Counted from the first letter of the stretch, positions 50,337 to 60,793 are shown. The stretch: DNA of 64,000 nucleotides from Coleofasciculus chthonoplastes F2-STO-03 (GCA_040222015.1 JAVJWO010000096.1:1-64000), one strand, 5' to 3'. The notes: a model not told the origin generated them from the sequence alone. Translations and numbers: made by a program.

Positions 50337-51065
50337 ATGCCCTCATTAAATAGCAATTCGATCAGGATTAATCAACTGCTGACGGCTCTACCCGATCAGG
50401 AATACCAGCGCCTTGTTCCTCATCTCGAAGAAGTCTCTCTGATATTAGGACAAATTCTTTATCAACATGGAGAACCGATTCTCCATGTCTATTTTCCCAA
50501 TCGGGCAATGGTTTCGTTAGTCACCCTCTTGACAAATGGTTCAACAACAGAAGTAGGTATGGTAGGAAAGGAGGGGATGGTTGGTATTCCTGTATTTCTG
50601 GCGGATGGGATAGCAATCAACCAAGCCGTTGTGCAACTCGAAGGCACCGGGATGAAAATGGATGCCTCGATTCTGAAACGCGAGTTTGAGCGAGGGGGGA
50701 GATTGCAGCGATTGCTCCTCTGCTACACCCAAACTATCTTAAATCAGGTGAGTCAAACGGCGGCTTGCAATCGCCAGCATCGGTTAGAACAACGGCTGGC
50801 TCGGTGGTTACTCTCTGCTCAGGATAGTATTTCTGGCTCTGAGTTGCGACTCACTCAAGAATTTCTGGGCAATATGCTGGGAACTCGTCGTGCTACGGTG
50901 ACAGTGGCGGCGGGCAAGCTGCAGGAAACAGGTGCAATTCACTCTCACCGAGGAAAAATTACCATTCTCAATCGGGAACTGTTGGAAACTATAGCGTGTG
51001 AATGTTACAGCGTCGTCAAACACGAGTGCGATCGCTTACTTTATCCCCCAAATGGCGATCGGTGA
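50337..51065 (+). CDS. Crp/Fnr family transcriptional regulator
   Basis: VYFP, VGKEG, EQRLARWLL, LTQEFLGNMLGTRRATVT HTH. Confidence 0.92.
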   Translation: MPSLNSNSIRINQLLTALPDQEYQRLVPHLEEVSLILGQILYQHGEPILHVYFPNRAMVSLVTLLTNGSTTEVGMVGKEGMVGIPVFLADGIAINQAVVQLEGTGMKMDASILKREFERGGRLQRLLLCYTQTILNQVSQTAACNRQHRLEQRLARWLLSAQDSISGSELRLTQEFLGNMLGTRRATVTVAAGKLQETGAIHSHRGKITILNRELLETIACECYSVVKHECDRLLYPPNGDR

Positions 51066-51166
51066 TGTCATTCGTCATTCGTCATTTGTCATTTGTCATT
51101 CGTCATTTGTCATTCGTCATTCGTCATTCGTCATTCGTCATTTGTTATTTGTCATTTGTTATTTGT
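51066..51166 (+). repeat. STRR-type heptamer tandem repeat (GTCATTC/GTCATTT)
   Basis: About 14 heptamer units directly after the crp stop. A shorter array lies near 58426-58455. Confidence 0.9.
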
Positions 51167-51489
51167 GATAATTGAACGGTTAGGGCGGGGCGGGTTTAGT
51201 TATATCAGGGTGAAAACGAAACGTTAGTGGTAAAACCCGCCCCTACAAAAGATGTTTCATCGGAACGTCTCAGCTTCCCCTGCTTCCCCAGCTCCCCCAG
51301 CTCCCCCAGCTCCCAGACGTAGCATGCTACGTCTCTACACTGCTTCCCCGGCTTCCTCAGCCCTGCCCCTGTACGCTACCGTACCGACGAATACTCTTCA
51401 TTGTGTAATGCTTGAACAGCAAAAGGTCTAATTCAATCTTTGCCAGCGTAGGCGATCGCGGTTGAATCAACAAAAGCTAGACAACACCA

Positions 51490-51903
51490 ATGAACCACAA
51501 TTTCAAAAATAGGCGGATTTTAGTTGTAGATCACAATGCCGATTCTAGAGAATTACTCAGCATCATTTTTGAGCAAGAAGAAGCCCAAGTTCTGACTGTT
51601 ACTAGCGCTAAGGAAGCTTTAGAGGTATTTGAGGATTTTCAACCGGATATTCTACTATGTGAGCTACTTCTGCCAGGAGAAGATGGCTATTGGCTGATCC
51701 GTCAAATCAGAGGCTTAGAGACAAAAGTAGGGTATCATGTCACCGCGATCGCGGTGACGGTAGCAGCGACTGAGCCAGATCGCCAACTCGCCTTAACCGC
51801 AGGGTTTGACAGCCATATTGCGAAACCGAGCAAGGTTGATGATTTATTAGCGATCGCGGCTATCCTTGAGCCGGGTAAATTTTGTCCCCAATTGGCACAA
51901 TAA
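51490..51903 (+). CDS. Stand-alone receiver domain, atypical (phospho-Asp replaced by Glu)
   Basis: ILVVDH, PDILLCELLLPGEDG, IAVT, GFDSHIAKP. Confidence 0.85.
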   Translation: MNHNFKNRRILVVDHNADSRELLSIIFEQEEAQVLTVTSAKEALEVFEDFQPDILLCELLLPGEDGYWLIRQIRGLETKVGYHVTAIAVTVAATEPDRQLALTAGFDSHIAKPSKVDDLLAIAAILEPGKFCPQLAQ

Positions 51904-51989
51904 CCGAAGACGCCTCGAAATTGTCTAGGATGCAATCAGGTAGAATGTAACTCGTCTTAACCAGGAGATCAGAGAGAAACACTTTGGTG

Positions 51990-52520
51990 ATGAACGATTT
52001 ATTAAAAGGCATCAATGTCTACCTGATTGGCATGATGGGTGTCGGTAAAACTACCGTAGGGCAACGATTGGCAAAAGAACTCGGCTATCGTTTTGTAGAC
52101 ACAGATGTCCTGATTGAACAAGTAGCAGGACAAACCATTAACCAGATTTTTGCTGACAGGGGAGAGGAAGAATTTCGCCAGGTAGAAGCTCAAGTCTTGT
52201 CAGAAGTATCCGCTTACACTAACTTGACTGTTGCTACAGGTGGTGGCATTGTACTCAAACAGATGAATTGGAGTTATCTACACCAAGGTTTAATTGTCTG
52301 GTTAGATGCACCTGTAGACCTATTAATACAGCGTCTGCAAGATGATACTACCCGCCCCTTATTACAAACAACTGACCCAACAGCAGCCCTGCAAAATTTA
52401 CTTGACAAACGGCGTCATTTGTATGCAGAAGCCGATCTTCATATTCCAATTAGTGTCAGTGATACACCGGAACTCATTACATCACAGATAATGGCAGCAA
52501 TTCCTTCAGTTCTTAAATAA
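51990..52520 (+). CDS. aroK: Shikimate kinase
   Basis: LIGMMGVGKTT, DTD, GEEEFR, ATGGG, RPLL. Confidence 0.95.
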   Translation: MNDLLKGINVYLIGMMGVGKTTVGQRLAKELGYRFVDTDVLIEQVAGQTINQIFADRGEEEFRQVEAQVLSEVSAYTNLTVATGGGIVLKQMNWSYLHQGLIVWLDAPVDLLIQRLQDDTTRPLLQTTDPTAALQNLLDKRRHLYAEADLHIPISVSDTPELITSQIMAAIPSVLK

Positions 52521-52530
52521 AATCAAAGGA

Positions 52531-52613
52531 GTAGGTTGGGTCGAGGGACGAGACCCAACAAACAAAAACTCGAGGTAAATCTGTTGGGTTTCACTTCGTT
52601 CAATCCAACCTAC
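52531..52613. repeat. GTAGGTTGGG REP doublet between convergent genes
   Basis: GTAGGTTGGGTC..GACCCAAC and GTTGGGTT..TCCAACCTAC in inverted arrangement. A related hairpin lies near 4495-4522. Confidence 0.75.
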
Positions 52614-52633
52614 AAAAAATTATAACGAATCAA

Positions 52634-53671
52634 CTATTCCCATTTGTTTAGGATATCTTTGACTAAAACTTCTTTTAAGCAAACCTGAGCTACGACAACA
52701 ATGGGAAGCGCCAGAAATAAGCCAAAGATGCCGAAAAATATAGCAAAAGCCATCTGAGACAATAACGTAACCGCTGGCAGCAAAGAAACCTGTTTTTGCA
52801 TAACCAGTGGGGTTAAAATATTACTTTCAATTTGCTGAATTACTATATACAAAACCACCACAGCTACAGCTTTCCAAGGCGTATCAAGTAAAGCCAATGC
52901 CACGGGCGGAATTACACTTAAAGTCGGACCTAAATTGGGAATAAATGTAAATATACCCGCTAACAAAGCATTCGCCAGTGGCAATTGTACCTGCAAAATC
53001 CATAACCCCAGCCCACTCAATATAGCAATTACCGTCATGTTAAAGAGGATACCAACTGCCCAACCTCCCAGAGTATCTTCACATTCATCGAGAATCTCCT
53101 GAATTCGGCGGCGATAAAAGGCAGGAAATAGGAGGATAAACCCTTGGCGGTAGGGTTCAGGATTGGCGAGTAACATAATAGTTACAACCACAACTAACAA
53201 CATATTCAATACTAGACCAATTGAACTGTAGAATATATCAAAAAAGTTACCAAATAGTTTTGTTGCCCATGAGCGCAGATTTTGAGTAAAGACTTTCAAG
53301 CCGCCAATATCCTCTAAAAGTCCATCGGGAACCAAATTCCTTACCCAGTTTGCCCATTCAGGAATTTGTTGTAATCCAATTGGAACTAAATCGATCAATT
53401 GCTGAACTTGATCAACAAAGGGGGGAACAACCAGGACAAAAAAACCAACCAGTAATCCGAGACAAAAGCCCACAGATATAACGATAGCGAAAGCGCGTTT
53501 GAGCCGAAAGCGGAGCAGAAATCGCACCAGACGGTTAAGTGTAGTGGCAAAAACTACGGCAGCAAAGCCGAGCAAAATAACCGTTTTGATTTTCCACAAA
53601 ATGTAAACTGAGAGGATAAATAAGAATAATCCCAGCAATGAACCTATACGCACAAACTTGCCTCCACTCAA
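52634..53671 (-). CDS. AI-2E family transporter
   Basis: Multi-TM; FIPNLGP, QQIESNILTP, GLFLALP. Confidence 0.9.
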   Translation of the reverse strand: MSGGKFVRIGSLLGLFLFILSVYILWKIKTVILLGFAAVVFATTLNRLVRFLLRFRLKRAFAIVISVGFCLGLLVGFFVLVVPPFVDQVQQLIDLVPIGLQQIPEWANWVRNLVPDGLLEDIGGLKVFTQNLRSWATKLFGNFFDIFYSSIGLVLNMLLVVVVTIMLLANPEPYRQGFILLFPAFYRRRIQEILDECEDTLGGWAVGILFNMTVIAILSGLGLWILQVQLPLANALLAGIFTFIPNLGPTLSVIPPVALALLDTPWKAVAVVVLYIVIQQIESNILTPLVMQKQVSLLPAVTLLSQMAFAIFFGIFGLFLALPIVVVAQVCLKEVLVKDILNKWE

Positions 53672-53737
53672 GGGTTAGGTTAACCTTACATCTTGCACGT
53701 TTATCAGTAAGCCCCGACACCTTTGATATACCGTAGT

Positions 53738-53864
53738 GGCGTGGCACACCTTATTTGATGAATTAGAATTGGTTCGTAGTGAGGGCTTCAGCCCTCTCCA
53801 GCTAAGCGTTATAGCACTCTTCGTGCTTACTACAAACAAAACCCTATTTTAGCTGTGCCACGCC
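53738..53864. mobile_element. MITE-like element
   Basis: Terminal inverted repeat GGCGTGGCACA / TGTGCCACGCC enclosing a GAGGGCT-TC-AGCCCTC hairpin. Confidence 0.55.
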
Positions 53865-53985
53865 GCCATCACCAACCTTAAGTCAGTACCATTCCACTTA
53901 GCACTGCTTATTGATAACTGTTCAGTGATCACTGTTTACTGATCACTGTTTACTGACTTTACATAGGAGGGTAACTCGAATCATG

Positions 53986-55569
53986 TTATACAGTCACCTG
54001 AGTTTTCCGATTCTCTGTAGAGGCTTTTAACTTCTCCTCCCGTGCCAAAAACTCCGCCAACTGCCCCTCAATTTGATCCCGGACAATATGACGATATTCC
54101 ATAAAATGCTCGTTGTGAGCGCAAACAATTAAATAATGCTCCCAAACCGCTGGATTGCGCCGAATCATACTAAATAAATGATGCCAAAACTTCCAGCGTG
54201 TTTTCCGTTTCAGCCCCTGTCGCCAACACACAATTGCCACTGCCTTTAAATCCACCCAACTCGGCAATTTAAACGGGGGTTTACACTTGGGTTCTCCGAG
54301 TTTCAGGAAATACCGATACACCCGATCTAAATATTGCTCCGGCTCATATAACTGCCAAAACGCCTCGACATATTCCCGGGCAATTTCTTCTAAAGGGCGA
54401 GTGGGGATAAAATTCATTAACGTGGTCTGGTTAATATTACCATCCTTGCCCCGGAGTCGTTCCTCCTTATCTAACCGATGCCACAAAGCTGTATTCGGTA
54501 AAGCTTGCAACATGGCAAAGGTTGTAGTCGGAATACCTGTCTGTTCAGCAAACCGAACAATCCGCGAACCCGCACCCGATTTTTCCCCATCAAAACCGAC
54601 AATAAAACCAGCAATCACCCGCAATCCTGCCTCAGTAATAATATCCACTGATTCAGCCAACGAACTGCGGGTATTTTGGAATTTCTTGGTCAACTGTAAA
54701 CTATCCTCATCCGGTGTTTCAATTCCCAGAAACACGGCATCAAAATAGCACTCGACCATTAATTGCATCATTTGGGTGTCTTGCGCCAAGTCAACAGAGG
54801 CTTCAGTATTAAATCGGAAAGGATACTGGTGTGCTTCTTGCCAAACTTTTAACTCTTTCAGCAATAACTTAACATTCCGCTTATTGCCAATAAAATTATC
54901 ATCAACCATAAACACACCCCGCCGCCATCCCAGTTCATATAGATAGTCTAATTCTGCCAATAACTGGGCGGGTGTTTTCGTCCGGGGTTTGCGTCCATAG
55001 AGGACAATAATATCGCAAAATTCACATTGAAACGGACAACCGCGCGAGAATTGCACCGACATTGAATCATAAGCATCCAATTCCAATAAATCAAACCGAG
55101 GAATTGGCGTGCTTGTCACATCCGGTTTTTTCCCATTGGAACGGAATATGCCTGTCTCATCTCCCCGTTGAATCGCCTCGACAAACAGGGGTAACGTAAT
55201 TTCGCCTTCGTCTAAAATCAGATAATCAGTCCCCGCCTCCTGCACCCCATCGGGAACAGAGGTGGGGAAAGGACCCCCACAAGCCACCCGTTTCCCTCGC
55301 CGTTTGGCTTCCCGGATTTGTGCCAGTAAATCCCCTTTTTGGACAATCATCGCTGAAAGAATCACAATATCCGCCCATTCCCATTCCGCTTCAGTGACGG
55401 CTCGGATATTGCGATCCACCAGTTTAAATTCCCACGTCTGTGGTAAAATAGCCGCAACAGTGACCAACCCTAAAGGAGGCAGTAAAACTTTGCGATCGAC
55501 TAACTCTAATATTTTTTCATAAGACCAGAATGTCTTGGGAAAGAGGGGATAGACGAGTAATGCTTTCAT
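53986..55569 (-). CDS. B12-binding radical SAM protein (DUF4070 type)
   Basis: PPLGL, GGP, SRGCPFQCEFC (CxxxCxxC), VDDNF, GFIVGFD. Confidence 0.9.
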   Translation of the reverse strand: MKALLVYPLFPKTFWSYEKILELVDRKVLLPPLGLVTVAAILPQTWEFKLVDRNIRAVTEAEWEWADIVILSAMIVQKGDLLAQIREAKRRGKRVACGGPFPTSVPDGVQEAGTDYLILDEGEITLPLFVEAIQRGDETGIFRSNGKKPDVTSTPIPRFDLLELDAYDSMSVQFSRGCPFQCEFCDIIVLYGRKPRTKTPAQLLAELDYLYELGWRRGVFMVDDNFIGNKRNVKLLLKELKVWQEAHQYPFRFNTEASVDLAQDTQMMQLMVECYFDAVFLGIETPDEDSLQLTKKFQNTRSSLAESVDIITEAGLRVIAGFIVGFDGEKSGAGSRIVRFAEQTGIPTTTFAMLQALPNTALWHRLDKEERLRGKDGNINQTTLMNFIPTRPLEEIAREYVEAFWQLYEPEQYLDRVYRYFLKLGEPKCKPPFKLPSWVDLKAVAIVCWRQGLKRKTRWKFWHHLFSMIRRNPAVWEHYLIVCAHNEHFMEYRHIVRDQIEGQLAEFLAREEKLKASTENRKTQVTV

Positions 55570-55825
55570 ATTAGAACTAAATCACCTAAACTTTGTTATC
55601 GGATAATAGTACAAGTTTTAACACAAAAATCCGGTTAAATTAACAAATCCAACATCATGAATTTCGAGTGAGTGCTTTTACCCCCTAAAGCAAACTTGTC
55701 AGGTGATAACTTATCGTTTCTCAAATTCTACAAAACCTTCCCTCAAAACCTCTCAAATCCTCTGCGCCCCTCTGCGTACCCCTCTGCGTACCTCTGCGTT
55801 GAAAAAATATAATCTTCACTCCATC

Positions 55826-56758
55826 ATGCCAACCTCTGACCTAAAAATAATCTCCCTACTCCCCAGCGCCACCGAAATAGTCGCCGCTTTAGGCTTAACC
55901 GATGCAATTGTCGGGCGATCGCACGAATGCGACTATCCTCCCGAAATCCAAAACCGCCCCATTTGTACCGAAGCGCGACTAAATGCCGAAAAACCCAGCG
56001 CCCAAATAGACCGGGATGTGCGTCGCTTAGTCAAGGACGCCCTGAGCATCTACCAAATTAAAACCGATATCCTAGAACAATTACAACCCACCCACATTGT
56101 TACTCAAGATCAATGTGATATCTGTGCGGTCAATCTTCCAGAGGTAGAGAAAGCCGTTGCTGAACTCACCCACAGTCAGCCAAAAGTGATTTCCTTGCAG
56201 CCGAATCAATTAAGCGACGTGTGGGCAGATATTGAACGAGTAGCGGCTACATTAGGCGTAGACGCGCAACCCTTGCTGAATCAACTCCAATCTCGTGTGG
56301 ACACCATTCAGCACATGACACAGAACCTCTCCCTCGCCAATCAACCCACAGTCGCCGCAATTGAATGGACTGATCCATTAATGGCGAGTGGTAACTGGAT
56401 TCCCGAATTAGTCGATATGGCTGGAGGTCATCATTTATTTGCCGCTTTGGGTAAGCATTCGCCGTACTTAGAATGGGATTCACTGCTGAAAACCGATCCC
56501 CAGGTGATGATTATTATGCCCTGTGGTTTTGATTTAGAGCGAACCCGTCAGGAAACCCAGCAGTTAAGTCAGCGTCCAGAATGGTCAGAGTTACAGGCGG
56601 TACGGAATAAGAGAGTGTATATTACCGATGGCAATGCTTATTTTAATCGTCCCGGACCCCGATTAGTGGATTCGTTAGAAATTTTGGCAGAAATTCTGCA
56701 TCCAGAATTATTTAATTTTGGGTATCGCGGAAAGGCTTGGGACGTTGTAGAGACGTAG
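55826..56758 (+). CDS. Cobalamin/Fe-siderophore-type binding protein (BtuF-like)
   Basis: IISLLPSATEI, VGRSHECDYP, EW.DP...G.W, FNRPGPRL. Probable start ATG 55826. Confidence 0.85.
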   Translation: MPTSDLKIISLLPSATEIVAALGLTDAIVGRSHECDYPPEIQNRPICTEARLNAEKPSAQIDRDVRRLVKDALSIYQIKTDILEQLQPTHIVTQDQCDICAVNLPEVEKAVAELTHSQPKVISLQPNQLSDVWADIERVAATLGVDAQPLLNQLQSRVDTIQHMTQNLSLANQPTVAAIEWTDPLMASGNWIPELVDMAGGHHLFAALGKHSPYLEWDSLLKTDPQVMIIMPCGFDLERTRQETQQLSQRPEWSELQAVRNKRVYITDGNAYFNRPGPRLVDSLEILAEILHPELFNFGYRGKAWDVVET

Positions 56759-56981
56759 CATGCTACGTCTTGAATGTTGTGTAGGGGCGGGTTTCACTAC
56801 TAACAGGTCTTACCTCACCCTGATGTAACTAAACCCGCCCCGACTAGGTTATCTTATCTATCGAAAACGTTATTATTTCGGGTTTGCTGCACATAAATTA
56901 ATTGGGCGCACGCCATGCGATTGGGCGCACGCCATGCGCCCCTACGGTACGTCTTCCCTTGGAACCATCTGCCTTCAAGAC

Positions 56982-58358
56982 ATGATATCACCAGGTTGTC
57001 CCCGGCTACCCCCATCACTGCACCTGCGTTCCTACCAGCAACAAGCGATAACCAACTGGTTTAGCAATCAGGGACGCGGTACGCTGAAGATGGCGACAGG
57101 GAGTGGCAAGACAATTACCGCCCTCGCGATCGCAACCCAACTCTATCACCAAATCGGCTTACAAGTCTTACTGGTTGTTTGTCCCTATCGTCATCTAGTT
57201 ACCCAATGGGCGCGAGAATGTCAGACGTTTAATTTAGAACCGATTCTGGCATTTGAAAATGTACACCATTGGCAAAATAAACTATCTACTTCCCTTTATA
57301 ACTTACAATCGGGTAATCAATCTTTTCTGACAATTATCACCACCAACGCCACATTGATCACAGAGGGGTTACAATCTCAACTCAAATACCTTCCCCCCAA
57401 AACCTTAATTGTTGGTGATGAAGCCCATAACCTAGGGTCTCGACGCTTAGAAGAGAGTTTACCGCGCAACATTGGCTTACGTCTTGCCCTATCTGCGACA
57501 CCAGAACGCTATTTTGATCAGGAAGGAACCCACGGCTTATTCAACTATTTTGGCTCAGTTTTGCAACCTGAACTGACTTTAGCGGATGCGATTCAGCAAG
57601 GGGCATTAGTTCATTATCTCTACTATCCAATATTAGTGGAATTAACCGAAACTGAATCAATCGCTTATGCCAAATTTACTAAACGCATTGGCTGGGCGCT
57701 AATGAATAATGAAGGTGTCGATATCCAAAATAATGATACTGTAACTGCCTTGTTAATGCAACGCGCTCGTTTAATTGGGTCAGCGGCTAACAAGTTAACC
57801 GCATTGCAACAGTTAATGGCAGAACGATTAGAGACCTATCACACCTTATTTTATTGTGGAGATGGTTCAGTGGAAGGCAGTGTAAGTCAGGAAACCACTC
57901 GTCAACTAGCAGCCGTCACCCGGTTATTGGGAAGTGAACTTGGATATCGGATTAACACCTATACAGCAGACACGCCTTTAGCCGAACGAGAGGAATTACG
58001 TCATCAATTTGAAACCGGTAAATTACAAGGATTGGTGGCAATTCGCTGTCTTGATGAAGGGGTAGATATTCCAGCGATTAAAACCGCTGTTATTCTTGCT
58101 AGTAGTGGAAATCCCCGCCAGTTTATTCAACGACGGGGGCGGATTTTGCGCCCGCATCCTGATAAGGAACGGGCAACTTTATTTGATATGATTGTTCTCC
58201 CTCCAGATTTAGGACGTAAAACGTTAGAGGTGGAACGGAATTTGCTCAAAAAAGAGTTGAAACGGTTTTTAGAGTTTGCTGATTTAGCCGATAATGCAGG
58301 GGAAGCCCGACTAAAATTGCTGCAACTTCAAAAACGGTATGGATTGTTGGACATTTGA
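56982..58358 (+). CDS. SF2 (XPB/ResIII-like) helicase resembling the DNA phosphorothioation-associated restriction family
   Basis: LRSYQ, MATGSGKT, DEAH, LSATP, CLDEGVDIP, QRRGRILR. Confidence 0.8.
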   Translation: MISPGCPRLPPSLHLRSYQQQAITNWFSNQGRGTLKMATGSGKTITALAIATQLYHQIGLQVLLVVCPYRHLVTQWARECQTFNLEPILAFENVHHWQNKLSTSLYNLQSGNQSFLTIITTNATLITEGLQSQLKYLPPKTLIVGDEAHNLGSRRLEESLPRNIGLRLALSATPERYFDQEGTHGLFNYFGSVLQPELTLADAIQQGALVHYLYYPILVELTETESIAYAKFTKRIGWALMNNEGVDIQNNDTVTALLMQRARLIGSAANKLTALQQLMAERLETYHTLFYCGDGSVEGSVSQETTRQLAAVTRLLGSELGYRINTYTADTPLAEREELRHQFETGKLQGLVAIRCLDEGVDIPAIKTAVILASSGNPRQFIQRRGRILRPHPDKERATLFDMIVLPPDLGRKTLEVERNLLKKELKRFLEFADLADNAGEARLKLLQLQKRYGLLDI

Positions 58359-58573
58359 CCCTATAAGTAGGTGGACATAATTAACGTGAACGGTGAAGAA
58401 CTCGCTTTCGCGAGAAGCAAGCTACGTCATTCGTCATTTGTCATTTGTCATTTGTAATGGTTTGAGGTTTATTTACAGAACTTAGCCATCTATGATTCAG
58501 TTTTTGATGATACTATAGTAGTCAGTATACAAATAATTAGGTTACAGCTCCTCGCCCTGCAACAATTAGCGAT

Positions 58574-59371
58574 ATGATGTCTCCGTTTCCTGGCATGAAT
58601 CCCTATCTGGAGAATCCAGAATTATGGTCTGAGGTGCATAGCCGTTTAATTGTCGCGATCGCGGATGAGATTGCACCCGCGTTACTTCCTAACTATTACG
58701 TGGCAATTGAAAAGCGTGTCTATAGTAGCACTCCTGAGGATACTATCCTGATTGGTATTCCCGATGTTTCCGTTGTCTGTTCAGAGGTAGAGGCGTCTCC
58801 AGAATTCGCCACGCGCAACAGGGCTACTGCTACCTTATCTAAACCTGATCAACCGCAAACCGTAACGATTCCCTTGGCGGAGGAGGTAGAAGAACGCTAT
58901 TTAGAGGTTCGAGACACTAAAACGGGAAAAGTTGTCACCACAATTGAGCTACTCTCACCCAAGAATAAACGATCAGGTGAGGGGAGGGAAGCATATCTAC
59001 GCAAACGCCAGCAAATTTTGACGAGTTCCACCCACTTAGTAGAAATTGATTTACTTCGCAGTGGAAAAGCGATGCCAATGCAAGGCGTAGCTCAGTTAAA
59101 AGACTATCGGATTCTGATTAGTCGCAGCGATTTAAGACCTCATGCCCAGCTTTATACCTTTAATTTAACCGATGCGATTCCTAAAGTCGAGTTACCGTTA
59201 CAGGGAGAAGAAAATAGTCCGATTCTGGATTTAAAACTCATTCTCGATGGCGTTTATCAACGTGCAGGGTATCGCTTCCGCATTGATTATCGTCAGTCAA
59301 TCACTCCTGCTGTTTCTTCTGAGGTAGCGGTTTGGCTGAATACGCTGCTAGTTGAACAGGGATTACGGTAA
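58574..59371 (+). CDS. DUF4058 family protein
   Basis: SPFPGMNPYLE, IPDV, IELLSPKNK, HLVEIDLLR. Confidence 0.85.
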   Translation: MMSPFPGMNPYLENPELWSEVHSRLIVAIADEIAPALLPNYYVAIEKRVYSSTPEDTILIGIPDVSVVCSEVEASPEFATRNRATATLSKPDQPQTVTIPLAEEVEERYLEVRDTKTGKVVTTIELLSPKNKRSGEGREAYLRKRQQILTSSTHLVEIDLLRSGKAMPMQGVAQLKDYRILISRSDLRPHAQLYTFNLTDAIPKVELPLQGEENSPILDLKLILDGVYQRAGYRFRIDYRQSITPAVSSEVAVWLNTLLVEQGLR

Positions 59372-59489
59372 CACTGATTTCTCGGATTTATTTGAGTGTT
59401 GGGGGTGGGGATGTGAGATGTTAGTCACACTGATTGCACGGAGGTTTTAGTTCTCACTGGACAAGATAATTTTACTGTTCCCTGTTCCC

Positions 59490-60686
59490 TTACTGGAGTT
59501 GTTTAATTGCCGCATTAGCGTGTAATTTTACACTCATTTGAGGATCATTCTGGAGTTGGAATAAAGCACTCATGGCGTCGCAGATTCCTAATTGTCCCCA
59601 ACTGTAGGCTAACGCCTGTTTAATTGCGGTTGTTTCAACACTGGGATGTCCCGACTCAAAGAAATCTAGCAAAATTTTAGCGGCTTGGTATTTCAGATTT
59701 GGGGTTTCAATCCGCCCAAAAACGCGCACGATTTCTAAGATGGAGTCTTCGGCTATGGTGGATAAGGCTTGGTGTAAATAGTCCAATGTTGTCGCCGTTT
59801 CGATCCGCGCCAATACCTGAATGATGGTAATTTGTAGGGGAACAGGAGTCAGAGGCGATCGCACAACGTGGGATAACGCCTCGGCTGCTTGATCAGTACC
59901 GATTCTACCGATCGCGATCGCGGCTTGCTGACAGACGTCTAAGTTCAGATCATACAGCAGGGGTTGCAGATAGATTAATGTATCGAGATCTGTCTCTGAG
60001 GAAGCGCTTAAGCCTAACCCGATCACCGCTTCTTTACGCACAGATGCTACATAATCTTTTAATGCCACCAATAAAACGGGTACAATGCGATCGTCATGGA
60101 AACGACTCAGGGCAGCAATGGCAGTGACGCGCACCTGTACATCTGGATCATGAACGACGCTCAATAAGGGATTAATCACATCTGCACAATGCATTTGAGC
60201 TAAAGCGCGAGTGGCGAAAAGACGAGATTCCGGTTTCACCAGCAAATCAGTCAACGCCTCAACCGCAGGATGTCCGATAGCGGCTAACGCACTAGCTGCG
60301 ATCGCACTTAACTCTTCATCTTCACTGTGATCCAGTAATTTCACCAATGTCCGAATCACGTCAGGCGCATTAAATCCCCCCAAAATCCGCCCCGCAAACC
60401 ACCGTTGCTCTAAATCCGCCTCCTCATCTTCCAGAATCTCGATCAACGGTGCCACAATCCTCTCGCCCCATTGTGGCAAAACCTTGGCAATATCCCAACG
60501 CGCCGGAAAATCTCCCTGTTCCAGAACCGTTAACGCCATCGCCAATCCTAGAGGCAATTCCTTTGTTTCTGGATTGGAACGATTTCGGCTGCACTCATCC
60601 AACGGTAATTGCTGCAAACATTGAGTGACTGACAACCAATCCCTCTGCTCTGTGGCAACTGTGGCTTGTTTAAGAAGTTTGTCCAT
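59490..60686 (-). CDS. nirB: HEAT-repeat protein, probable NirB
   Basis: PBS-lyase HEAT repeats. Divergent from nirA, as for nirB in other cyanobacteria; the name rests on synteny. Confidence 0.65.
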   Translation of the reverse strand: MDKLLKQATVATEQRDWLSVTQCLQQLPLDECSRNRSNPETKELPLGLAMALTVLEQGDFPARWDIAKVLPQWGERIVAPLIEILEDEEADLEQRWFAGRILGGFNAPDVIRTLVKLLDHSEDEELSAIAASALAAIGHPAVEALTDLLVKPESRLFATRALAQMHCADVINPLLSVVHDPDVQVRVTAIAALSRFHDDRIVPVLLVALKDYVASVRKEAVIGLGLSASSETDLDTLIYLQPLLYDLNLDVCQQAAIAIGRIGTDQAAEALSHVVRSPLTPVPLQITIIQVLARIETATTLDYLHQALSTIAEDSILEIVRVFGRIETPNLKYQAAKILLDFFESGHPSVETTAIKQALAYSWGQLGICDAMSALFQLQNDPQMSVKLHANAAIKQLQ

Positions 60687-60793
60687 TGTTTGATCAATTG
60701 CATCGTCACCCAGACTGAATGGTGTGCCACTTCAGCCTCACTCTTCCTATGGTTTCACAGAATCGATGATTTATACACATTTAATTCACAAAT

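Noticed and set aside
53986..55569. Naming the radical SAM protein HpnP (hopanoid 2-methylase)
   Set aside because: The architecture is related, but this cannot be separated from the widespread non-HpnP paralogs without phylogeny, and no hopanoid genes are nearby.
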